Source: Macrostomum lignano (lineage: Eukaryota). Taken from it: a DNA stretch of 64,000 nucleotides. This document shows positions 10,211-30,047 of this stretch, one piece after another. The DNA lies in the NCBI GenBank assembly GCA_002269645.1, contig NIVC01000952.1:39059-103058 (forward strand), written 5' to 3'. The notes under the pieces were generated by a model. The model had not been told where the DNA came from, did no database searches, and was given only the letters and a program-made list of their open reading frames with translations. Numbering within the stretch: position 1 is the stretch's first letter; each line of letters starts with the position of its first letter. The translations under genes and the position numbers were made by a program.

Positions 10211-11482
10211 GAGCTCCTTGACGACCTGCCGTGTCTGAACCTGCCCGTTCCTCTGCTGGGCCTGTCCAAAGCTGCTGACGCCGCTGCCACCCCGCCCTGT
10301 AAGCGCGGACGCCAGCGCGATCGGGAGCTGCTGCGCCGCCTGCCCGGCCGTCGGTCGCGTCAGTCTAGCGGCGATGCGTGCGCCGCGGCAGCGAAACTGA
10401 TGGCCGACGAGCCGCCGCCCTGGTGGATGCGCGATATCGGCGCCGTGGTGACGACTCCTGCTGGCAAGAACGATGAAGATCCAGTGCTGCTGGACGAGAG
10501 CTTTTGTCCGATTAAGAGAAAGTGAGTAGCTTTTTTTCTTTAGTATATTCTGCAGTAGATTCTATGCTAGATTGGTAGATTCTATGGTAGATAGGTAGAT
10601 TCTTTGGTAGATTGGTAGAATCGATTCTATGGTATAATAGATTGGTAGATTATTAGATTCGATGGTAAATTTGTAGATTCTATGGTAGATTGGTAGATTC
10701 TATGGTAGATTGGTAGATTCTGTGGTATAATAGATTGGTAGATTCTATGATAGATAGGTAGATTCTATGGTAAATTGATAGATTCTATGGTAGATTGGTA
10801 GATTCTATGGTAGATTGGTAGATTCTATGGTAAATTGATAGATTCTATGGTAAATTGGTAGATTATATGGTAAATTGGTAGATTCTATGGAAGATAGGTA
10901 GATTATTTGCTAGATTGGTAGATTATATGGTAGATAGGTAGATTTTATGGTAGATTGGTAGATTCTATGGTAGATTGGTAGATTCTATGGTGCATTGGAT
11001 ATATTGGTAGATTCTGTGGTAGATTACTTAGTGGACATCTCGAAAAGGTAGGTTGGAAGATTCTATGACGGGTTAATTGGTAGAAGACTGAATTAATTTC
11101 GATGCTCAATTGTCATTCATCCTTGCTCTACGAGTACCATAATCTACTTTTTCCTTACATCAGTCAGTAGTGTGCAACGCATTTTACATTCGAATTTCTA
11201 CTTGCTCTCTCGCCCAGACCGGCCCCCGAGACGCCGAAGGCTCCGCTGTCTGAGAAAAATTCTCGGCGTAAGAAAAAGGTTGCCGCGGTCAGGGCCGAAG
11301 CCAAGGTCAAGGCCGAGCCAGGGGCCAAGGCCAAGCGGGGGGTCAAGGCCGAGCCGGGGGTCAAGGCCAATCGGAGTGTCAAGGCCGAGCCGGGGGTCAA
11401 GGCTGAGGACAAGGAAAATTCCGGCAATAATCGCCGAGTGTCACTTCGGCTGGCCCTGGCCAACAGTCTTCAAAATTATTGA
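10211..11482 (+). CDS. Orphan basic protein (~192-199 aa) with four VKAE motifs and a KEN box
   Basis: Exon 10211-10521 (acceptor TTTCAG, donor GTGAGT, phase 2) joins exon 11218-11482 in frame: ...CPIKRKPAPETPK...VKAEPG..VKAEPG..VKAEPGVKAEDKENSGNNRRVSLRLALANSLQNY*. Start is either ATG at 10187 or a leader-supplied AUG. Confidence 0.7.
10550..11025. repeat. 20-bp intronic minisatellite GATTCTATGGTAGATTGGTA
   Basis: Tandem units inside intron 10522-11217. Confidence 0.9.
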
Positions 11483-11924
11483 GGGAATCGATTTTTTATT
11501 TGCTTTTTTACGTCAGTGACTGTCGATGTACTTTTATTTTTAATCTCGGTCGCTGTTGATTTTTAACAACTTTATCAATAATTTGTCATCTTGATCAGTC
11601 TCTCCTTTCGCCGCTTTTATTACTTTATTAATAATAATTTTCGATTTTCTGCATTTTAGTAATCGATGCTTTTTATGGACAGTGTTACTACTGTCAGTAA
11701 TATTTTCGTTCAATTGCTGATCTGCTGTGTGGAACTAAATAAAACTAAGTTACTTTCGATACATATCGGTCAGACAAGACTGGTTTCCAACTTGTTTATA
11801 GTTTGTTTAGAAAATGAAGCTCTGGAAACTTGGTACTGTGTGTAATTTACATGATTACATTGCATGGTGTACTTGTATTGTAATAAATCATTTGCAACTG
11901 CAACGTTTACTTGAGATTTGCTAG

Positions 11925-12770
11925 ATTTCACAAACATTTCACAAAATCCAGATTGGCGCCACATTTCACAAAATCTAGATTGGCGCCACATTTCACAAAA
12001 TCCAGATTGGCGCCACATTTCACAAAATCCAGATTGGCGCCACATTTCACAAAATCCAGATTGGCGCCAAATTTTACAAAATCCAGATTGGCGCTAAATT
12101 TTACAAAATCAAGATCGGCACTTAATTTTACAAAATCCAGATTGGCGCCACATTTTAAAAAATCCAGATTAGCGCCACATTTTACAAAATCCAGATTGGC
12201 GCAAAATTTTACAAAATCCAGATTGGCGCTAAATTTTACAAAATCCAGATTGGCGCCACATTTTACAAAATCCAGATTGGCGCCACATTTTACAAAATCC
12301 AGATTGGCGCCACATTTTACAAAATCCAGATTGGCGCCACATTTTACAAAATCCAGATTGGCGCCACATTTTAAAAAATCCAGATTAGCGCCACATTTTA
12401 CAAAATCCAGATTGGCGCTAAATTTTACAAAATCCAGATTGGCGCCACATTTTACAAAATCCAGATTGGCGCCACATTTTACAAAATCCAGATTGGCGCC
12501 ACATTTTACAAAATCCAGATTGGCGCCACATTTTACAAAATCCAGATTGGCGCCACATTTTACAAAATCCAGATTGGCGCCACATTCTACAAAATCCAGA
12601 TTGGCGCCACATTTTACAAAATCCAGATTGGCGCCACATTTTACAAAATCCAGATTGGCGCCACATTTTACAAAATCCAGATTGGCGCCACATTTTACAA
12701 AATCTAGATTGGCGCCACATTTTACAAAATCCAGATTGGCGCCACTTTTACAAAATCAAGATTGGCGCCA
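11925..12770. repeat. 27-bp minisatellite CACATTTTACAAAATCCAGATTGGCGC
   Basis: About 31 tandem units between two convergent genes. Confidence 0.95.
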
Positions 12771-12823
12771 TGTCTACATACCGGATTCAGATACAGGTAA
12801 AGCTACAGATCAGATAAAATAAT

Positions 12824-15783
12824 TCATTTATCAGCTTCTGCAACATCAGATTGTTGCTGCTTCTGCTGAACGCGGACCATCTGGGCGGTGAGCAGGCACA
12901 TCTCGCCGCCGCTGTCTCTGGTATCGTGAGCGGCCAGGTACAACAGGTCCAGCCACCGGTGAGTGGCCAGGTGTCTGGGCAGGCACAGGCCCAGCGGAGC
13001 CAGAGGGATTCGCTGCACCAGGCTGAAGCTGGCGGCAGGATGAGGCAGGCAGCTGGACTCGGGCAGCGGGGCCGCAGGTCGGTAGCGATAGACACTCAGG
13101 CAGTTGGCCGCCTGGTCTGCCAGCAGGACGGCGCCCCAGTGGACGCAGAGGCCGCCCCAGCGGCGAATTGGCGAGCGGCTTCTGGCAAATTCCGTGACCG
13201 CCGACGGCTGCGGGCTGGTTGTGGTTGTCTGCGAATGATTTTTGCTGCTGGGTGATTTGTCATGTTGGATATTATTGTGCATATTTCTATATTGTCCGTG
13301 TAGGTGGGTACACGTCTGATAGTGGGTAGAAGCCTAAGGGACTGAGAGGGTAGAAGCCTGGTAGACTGAGAGGGTAGAAGCTTGGTAGACTGAGAGGGTA
13401 GAAGCCTGGTACACTGAGAGGGTAGAAGCCTGGTAGACTGACAGGGTAGAAGCTTGGTAGACTGAGAGGGTAGAAGCCTGGTACACTGAGAGGGTAGAAG
13501 CCTGGTAGACTGAGAGGGTAGAAGCCTGGTAGACTGAGAGGGTAGAAGCCTGGTAGACTGAGAGGGTAGAAGCCTGGTACACTGAGAGGGTAGAAGCCTG
13601 GTAGACTGAGAGGGTAGAAGCCTGGTAGACTGAGAGGGTAGAAGCTTGGTAGACTGAGAGGGTAGAAGCCTGGTAGACTGAGAGGGTAGAAGCCTGGTAG
13701 ACTGAGGGTAGAAGCCTGGTAGACTGAGAGGGTAGAAGCCTGGTAGACTGAGAGGGTAGAAGCCTGGTAGACTGAGGGTAGAAGCCTGGTAGACTGAGAG
13801 GGTAGAAGCCTGGTACACTGAGAGGGTAGAAGCCTGGTAGACTGAGGGTAGAAGCCTGGTAGACTGAGAGGGTAGAAGCCTGGTAGACTGAGAGGGTAGA
13901 AGCCTGGTATACTGAGAGGGTAGAAGCCTGGTAGACTGAGAGGGTAGAAGCCTGGTATACTGAGAGGGTAGAAGCCTGGTAGACTGAGAGGGTAGAAGCC
14001 TGGTAGACTGAGAGGGTAGAAGCCTGGTAGACTGAGAGGCTACATGTACATGCAAATCAGTCAGCACCCGTCAGCACTGTGCCGAGCCGTCAGCAGGTCG
14101 AATGCCAGCACGCCGCGCTCGTGCGCCACCAGCAGCAGCCGCACCGCAAAGTGCGGATCGGCCAGCACGGTCACGTGACTCGGCCGGAGCAGCCGCGGAT
14201 GCCGCAGTTCGGCCAGCGGCGCCAAGGTGGGCAGCGCCAGCCGCTGCAGGCGGTGGTTGAGCTGGTCGGCCACCCAGACGCTGTCGGCGTCCACGGCGCA
14301 GCCGGCGGGCCGGTTGAACTGGCCGAGCCGGGAGCCCGGCGGGCCGCAGCACCTGGACAGCACCGGCTGGCTGCCAGCCCCGGCCAGCGCCTGCAGCAGA
14401 AAGACGCCGTGGATGGCGGGGCCGGCGCCTGCGCACACCAGCTGGCCGGGGGCGTCCCGGCCGCGGCTGGCCAGGCCGAGCGGGCCGCGGTGCTCCAGTC
14501 CGGCCGGCCGGTAGTGCCGGGTGTGGCGCTGCTGCTGCTGGTGCCGCGAACTGGAGGTCGTCGGGTGCAGCTGCGTCACAGCGTAGGCCTCCTGGCCGCC
14601 TGCGGCGCAATGGGTGTCCGTGATTTGTAGATTGTGGTAGACTGACATCATTCTGGAGAAACTGACATTATTCTGGAGAAACTGACATCATTCTGAGGAA
14701 ACTGACATTATTCTGATGAGACCGACATCATTCTGGAGAAACTGACATCATTCTGGAGAAACTGACACCATTCTGAGGAAACTGACACCATTCTGAGGAA
14801 ACTGACATCATTCTGAGGAAACTGACACCATTCTGAGGAAACTGACATCATTCTGAGAAAACTGACATCATTCTGGAGAAACTGACATTATTCTGGAGAA
14901 ACTGACATCATTCTGAGGAAACTGACATTATTCTGGAGAAACTGACACCATTCTGAGGAAACTGACATCATTCTGAGGAAACTGACACCATTCTGAGGAA
15001 ACTGACATCATTCTGAGGAAACTGACACCATTCTGAGGAAACTGACACCATTCTGAGGAAACTGACATCATTCTGATGAGACTGACACCATTCTGAGGAA
15101 ACTGACACCATTCTGAGGAAACTGACATCATTCTGAGGAAACTGACATCATTCTGATGAGACTGACATCATTCTGAGGAAACTGACACCATTCTGAGGAA
15201 ACTGACATCATTCTGAGGAAACTGACACCATTCTGAGGAAACTGACACCATTCTGAGGAAACTGACATCATTCTGATGAGACTGACATCATTCTGAGGAA
15301 ACTGACATCATTCTGAGGATACTGACAGCATTCTGAGGAAACTCACACCCTTCTCAAGACTGCATAAACTGTGCTCAGATGCGCAGCTCCAGTCCCAGTC
15401 CCCCCAGACCGCAGCTCACCAGTGCCAGACAGTTTAGTGGTGACCAGCAGCGCCTCGACCGTGGAGCTGAACGCCATGCCGGTCAGACTCACCGCCGCCG
15501 CTGCAGACGGGCCGCCCTTGCTGCCCTTCTGCTGCTTTCCAATCTGCATCTTGTGCGGCAGCAGCAGGGTGAAGCACTTCTCATCCTCTTCTTCCTGTTC
15601 AGACTCCTCGTCCGATTCTTCATCGGCAGCTTTCCCAGCTTCCTCGCCATCGTCGTCGCCGCTGACGAGCTCTTCGTCCTCTCCTCGATCCAGCCTCTGC
15701 GCCTCATCGTCAGCCAGCAGCAGCAGCTCCTGCCGACTAGACTGAGCCGGCTGATTTGGCAGCAGCTCAGCCTCCGCCTGCAT
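12824..15783 (-). CDS. NHL-repeat (beta-propeller) protein with acidic N-terminus, ~481 aa
   Basis: Exons 15783-15347, 14652-14068 and 13247-12824 join in frame (phase 2/2). NHL motif GPPGSRLGQFNRPAGCAVDADSVWVADQLNHRLQ. The frame is open 5' to an acceptor near 15817, so the N-terminus may be longer. Confidence 0.75.
13335..14040. repeat. 24-bp intronic minisatellite GACTGAGAGGGTAGAAGCCTGGTA
   Basis: Tandem units within intron 2 of the NHL gene. Confidence 0.95.
14641..15346. repeat. 20-bp minisatellite ACTGACA(T/C)CATTCTGAGGAA forming the whole of NHL intron 1
   Basis: Array runs from the donor (15346) to the acceptor (14653) and on into exon 2. Confidence 0.9.
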
Positions 15784-16309
15784 ATCTTCTTCGCCGGTTG
15801 TTTTTGCCTCATCAAACTGAGCTCAAAACTCATCGCCGTTTTAATAGAGCAGGCCAGCCCTGGTCACCCCATTACAGACTCTCTCTCTGCCTGCTCACCT
15901 CAGACCGCAGATAAAAAAACAGAGATATTTCTGTAGCACAATTCACGCAAACAATGCTGGGTCTGATACACTAATAGCGCTCTCTCTCCACCCTCAGTCC
16001 GAACCTAGACCGCACCCGAAAGATCGCAACTAAAGATTATGCACCCGACAGCCTGACTGTCGGTCTCTTAAAGCTGCACTATCAGGCTTTCCAGCAGAAT
16101 TATAAATACATTATGAGCAACGATAAAACTTTTAAAAACTTAGGAAAACTGAAAAAGCACCAGCAATGATTGGCAGGTGGACTTGTTGCTGGAATCCAAA
16201 GACTGCTGGGCAGCAGAGTTGCATACGGGCGAGTTCGCTTCTAGACTGCATGCAGTAAATACTGTGTTGTAGTACAAATGCTATGACTCACTTTCTACCT
16301 TCTAGCTGA

Positions 16310-17285
16310 CACCCAAGCATCTCGCGTCTGACACCCAAGCATCTCGCATCTGACACCCAAATATCTCGCATCTGACACCCAAGCATCTCCGATCTGACAC
16401 CCATGCATCTCCGAGCTGACACCCAAATATCTCGCATCTGACACCCAAGCATCTCGCATCTGACACCCAAGCATCTCCGATCTGACACCCCAAGCATCTC
16501 GCATCTGACACCCAAGCATCTCCGATCTGACACCCATGCATCTCCGATCTGACACCCAAGCATCTCGCATCTGACACCCAAGCATCTCCGATCTGACACC
16601 CAAGCATCTCGCATCTGACACCCAAATATCTCGCATCTGACACCCAAGCATCTCGCATCTGACACCCAAGCATCTCGCATCTGACACCCAAGCATCTCGC
16701 ATCTGACACCCAAGCATCTCGCATCTGACACCCAAGCATCTCGCATCTGACACCCAAGCATCTCGCATCTGACACCCAGGCATCTCGCATCTGACACCCA
16801 AGCATATCCGATCTGACACCCAAGCATCCCGCATCTGACACCCAAGCATCTCCGATCTGACACCCAAGCATCTCGCATCTGACACCCAAATATCTCGCAT
16901 CTGACACCCAAGAATCTCGCATCTGACACCCAAGCATCTCGCATCTGACACCAAACATCTCGCATCTGACACCCAAGCATCTCGCATCTGACACCCAAGC
17001 ATCTCCGATCTGACACCCAAGCATCTCGCATCTGACACCCAAATATCTCGCATCTGACACCCAAGAATCTCGCATCTGATACCCAAGCATCTCGCATCTG
17101 ACACCCCAAGCATCTCGCATCTGACACCCAAGCATCTCGCATCTGACACCCAGGCATCTCGCATCTGACACCCAGGCATCTCGCATCTGACACCCAAGCA
17201 TCTCGCATCTGACACCCAGGCATCTCGCATCTGACACCCAGGCATCTCGCATCTGACACCCAAGCATCTCCGATCTGACACCCAA
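16310..17285. repeat. 22-bp minisatellite GCATCTCGCATCTGACACCCAA
   Basis: Tandem units; open in all three minus frames only because of the repeat. Confidence 0.95.
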
Positions 17286-18984
17286 GCAACACCCAAACGC
17301 AACTGAAACTCTTGAAAAAAGCAGAAGGCAACAAAGCCGCCAGTCAGGAAATTGCATTCAGTTGAATTTCACACGCATCGAGACAACGAAGGGTGGCGGC
17401 AGAGACGCTCGCATCAGAAATATGGATTGATTTATTTTTCAGTTAAATTATTAAAAACAGCACGGGTGAGGCATCAAGAAGTTTGCTATAATAATTGATA
17501 GAATCAGTGCTGATATAGAATCTTTGCAAAGCACAGGCAAGCAACAGGATTACAGGTGGAGAACTGCGATGGTCTGTGCGGCATCGCAGTTCCGATCTCG
17601 CATTGGCCGGAGGCGAACTCAAGTACATGTAGAAAGATGGGGAGGGCAGAGCTCGCTCACTGACAGCTGGTTCTGTGTGTACAACAGCTAACGGAGAAGG
17701 GCACGTGTGCTAACTATAATTAAATTAGATTTGGTGTACACAGGAGGTGTAAAACAAGAGCTGCAAAGCAGTGAACGCGCATCTATCGGTGCAAGAGATC
17801 CGGCATAATTTCGATTAAAACAAAAGCTCAACCGGTGCCTTAGCAACGGTAATTTATAGCGTCAACAAGCGCCGCTGGGCGAGCCTATAAAAAAGAATAA
17901 ACTTGAACACAAAACTTTGCTAGCATTTTGACGAGGACACTACTATAGAGCTATAAAGGTCAGTAGTATAGCCAAAATATTATTTATTAAATTTACTATA
18001 CTACTAACAAAATCGATGAGTAGTAGGATATATATTAAAACAAATTTTAATTTAGTTCTCGCAGTGAGGAGAGGGAAATGAGCGAAGAAACAACACGCTG
18101 ACAGAGCGGTTCCAATTTACAGTTCGGGGCAGCCAGCCAAAAAGTACTTTTTAATACTGCCGATGTACCGGCCCGCTATGATTGGCCAGGCTGAGGGGGG
18201 GGGCTTGCCGTCAGCTTTGTTCAACAGGTACCGCTAATTAACAATAGAAGTGCAACAGAGACAGACGAGAGCGCCTACTGAACAGTAGTATAATTAGCAT
18301 GGGATAGTGAGTAAGAAGCATAATTAATTGCATTTACACACAGGCGGAGGGGAAGTGCAGTCTGGGATCTGGGCACACTGGCTGATTGCAACTTGGGCTG
18401 CATGGTCAACAGATTGCCGAATTTTGTTGCTCATAAAAACAGACTTTGCGACAGCCGGGCGTGCACTGGCTTCACCCGGCTAATCCTGAATCCTGGTTTC
18501 CCATAGACTGGAAGCCAGGGGCCGCACAGACTGCCGGATGAAAAAGTGCACATGTACCGGCAGACAGATATCTAAAACGAGCTGGTCCTCTAGAAAATAA
18601 AATATTCAATACAGTTAGCTGGCAGGACGCATCAGAAATCCTCAAGCGGCAGTCCCGCATAAATTCTCTATAACAGCCTATAGAACGGGTGCGCAATTAT
18701 ATTTTTAAAAATGATTTGCAAAAATCCAAGGGCAGGTTAGCTACTAGTAGTAGTTGATAAGGACGCGTTAGTGCGCACGCGTTATCCTATATTGAAGCAG
18801 ATTTAACAGAGAAGGAAAAAAACTAGAAAATTATTGAAAACGGGGAAATTTGAAGCAGTCAGAAGATTGCCAATTGGAGGGGAAACGGTTTGATCAGGGC
18901 AGGGACAGCTGACCTCGGCTCGGCTCGGGAGGCCAGGAAGGTGGATCTGCGAATGGCGTGGGGAAGCTGAGGCAAATAACTGCT

Positions 18985-20627
18985 GTCTGTAATCAGTGTG
19001 TTGTTGGTCTGTAATCAGTGTGTTGTTGGTCTGTAGTCAGTGTGTTGTTGATCTGTAGTCAGTGTGTTGTTGATCTGTAGTCAGTGTGTTGTTGGTCTGT
19101 AGTCAGTGTGTTGTTGGTCTGTAATCAGTGTGTTGTTGGTCTGTAGTCAGTGTGTTGTTGGTCTGTAATCAGTGTGTTGTTGGTCTGTAGTCAGTGTGTT
19201 GTTGGTCTGTAATCAGTGTGTTGTTGGTCTGTAGTCAGTGTGTTGTTGGTCTGTAATCAGTGTGTTTTCGGTCTGTAGTCAGTGTGTTGTTGATCTGTAG
19301 TCAGTGTGTTGTTGATCTGTAGTCAGTGTGTTGTTGGTCTGTAATCAGTGTGTTGTTGGTCTGTAGTCAGTGTGTTGTTGGTCTGTAATCAGTGTGTTGT
19401 TGGTCTGTAATCAGTGTGTTGTTGGTCTGTAGTCAGTGTGTTGTTGGTCTGTAATCAGTGTGTTGTTGGTCTGTAGTCAGTGTGTTGTTGGTCTGTAATC
19501 AGTGTGTTTTCGGTCTGTAGTCAGTGTGTTGTTGATCTGTAGTCAGTGTGTTGTTGATCTGTAGTCAGTGTGTTGTTGATCTGTAGTCAGTGTGTTGTTG
19601 ATCTGTAGTCAGTGTGTTGTTGATCTGTAGTCAGTGTGTTTTCGGTCTGTAGTCAGTGTGTTGTTGATCTATAGTCAGTGTGTTGTTGATCTGTAGTCAG
19701 TGTGTTGTTTATCTGTAGTCAGTGTGTTGTTGATCTGTAGTCAGTGTGTTGGCAGTCTGTAATCAGTGTGTTGTTGGTCTGTAGTCAGTGTGTTGTTGGT
19801 CTGTAATCAGTGTGTTTTCGGTCTGTAGTCAGTGTGTTGTTGATCTGTAGTCAGTGTGTTGTTGATCTGTAGTCAGTGTGTTGTTGATCTGTAGTCAGTG
19901 TGTTGTTGATCTGTAGTCAGTGTGTTGTTGATCTGTAGTCAGTGTGTTTTCGGTCTGTAGTCAGTGTGTTGTTGATCTATAGTCAGTGTGTTGTTGATCT
20001 GTAGTCAGTGTGTTGTTGATCTGTAGTCAGTGTGTTGTTGATCTGTAGTCAGTGTGTTGTTGGTCTGTAGTCAGTGTGTTGGCAGTCTGTAATCAGTGTG
20101 TTGTTGATCTGTAGTCAGTGTGTTGTTGGTCTGTAGTCAGTGTGTTGTTGATCTGTAGTCAGTGTGTTGTTGATCTGTAGTCAGTGTGTTGTTGATCTGT
20201 AGTCAGTGTGTTGTTGATCTGTAGTCAGTGTGTTGTTGATCTGTAGTCAGTGTGTTTTCGGTCTGTAGTCAGTGTGTTGTTGATCTATAGTCAGTGTGTT
20301 GTTGATCTGTAGTCAGTGTGTTGTTGATCTGTAGTCAGTGTGTTGTTGATCTGTAGTCAGTGTGTTGTTGGTCTGTAGTCAGTGTGTTGGCAGTCTGTAA
20401 TCAGTGTGTTGTTGATCTGTAGTCAGTGTGTTGTTGGTCTGTAGTCAGTGTGTTGGCAGTCTGTAATCAGTGTGTTGTTGGTCTGTAGTCAGTGTGTTGG
20501 CAGTCTGTAATCAGTGTGTTGTTGGTCTGTAGTCAGTGTGTTTTCGGTCTGTTGTCAGTGTGTTGTTGGTCTGTAGTCAGTGTGTTGTTGGTCTGTTGTC
20601 AGTGTGTTGATGGTCTGTAGTCAGTGT
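18985..20627. repeat. 22-bp minisatellite CTGTAGTCAGTGTGTTGTTG(A/G)T, probably a 3'UTR intron of MARK
   Basis: About 74 units; starts immediately after a GTGAGT (20633, minus strand) located 5 nt past the MARK stop codon. Confidence 0.9.
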
Positions 20628-20638
20628 ACTCACGATAA

Positions 20639-28628
<7,990 letters not shown>

Positions 28629-28779
28629 TTAATAAAGAGCCAATATTGGTCAGCTCCAGATGGCTGGAATCCTGGGACAGGCTGGGCTAACTGGCTGAAT
28701 TCAATTGGCAACAATGTTTTCAGCCGCTGAGTTGAGTCATCATGCATCAAATTGCAATAAATATTGTATACAAACACAA

Positions 28780-30014
28780 TTAATATGCTGATTATGTATA
28801 ATTATAAAAATTATATAATCTATTTTGATAACTTTCATTGCCTTGCAATAGAATGCAAGCAACTCTGAAAACTCATTTGCAAGAGTTCCTAATTATAGAC
28901 TGTATGATTGACTTTATTTACTCTTTTAACTAAAAGACAATTAGCAGTGCTTAATATAATTGGATTATATATGGTAAACTTTGTGCTCATTCTATTTCAA
29001 TGTTGTATATTTTAAGTTCCCTTGACATGTCAATATATAACATATGTATCCTAAAAAAAAATTTTTATTTACCTTGGAAGCTAACCTAAATGAATGGTAA
29101 TTAAAACTATGCTATTATTGATTAAATAAAAAACATGCATATTATATAACAACTTTGTTGATTTTAAATGCAAACATATGCATTATAAGAAACACTGTTA
29201 AATATGGGCCTACCAACAAGGCCGGATTAGCTAGCAATAAATGTCTAACCCATAAGCCACAATGCCTAGTTTTATTATATGCATAGCCATATTCACAATT
29301 AGGAGTCAAACAATATCATATTTTCAAGACTTTTGAGACTTCAGATCTATACTTATAAGATAATTGAGATTCAATAAAGATTCAAGATTAAGCCTAATTA
29401 GCAACTAGTAGTCTTATTTACATTATTTTATCTATTTAATGCTAATATTATTATTTGTTAAATGTGTACAATGGTGACAACAAAGGGAAAAATATTAATT
29501 TTTTAGCTTGTTAATAACTTGATATATCAAATATAGTATATTTGTATAATATTATATTATCATAGTCACAAAGAGTAAAATAGTCACAAATATTGACTTT
29601 TCTTGAGATCTCAAAACTAAGATTAAGACTGAGAAAAGTGCCAAAATCTTGATGATTGAGACTGAAATTAAGATCTTATCTGACCCCAATTTACAATGCT
29701 TACATACAAAAATTAGCCAAGGGTTTCATATAATTCATAATCTATAAAGACCAACCCTAAAGCATAAAGTATATATGCCTAAATGACTGAAAAGTTGAAG
29801 TCATTATATACTTAGTATATATAATTTAATTATATATGCAATATTTATGCACTTGCATTTGTTTGAGAATCAGTAGAGTGGGCAAAACCATCTTATTGCT
29901 ATTTATGGGATAATTTTGCCAAAATTTGTTGTTTTAAGATTTTTGTAATCCTTTTGTAATTATTAAAAAGTAAATGAAATTGTTATTTTATACATATATT
30001 ATACATATAACATA

Positions 30015-30047
<33 letters not shown>

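Noticed and set aside
11925-12770. Regular 20-34-bp repeats superficially like CRISPR arrays
   Set aside because: Units are head-to-tail with no unique spacers, there are no cas genes, and the context is eukaryotic.
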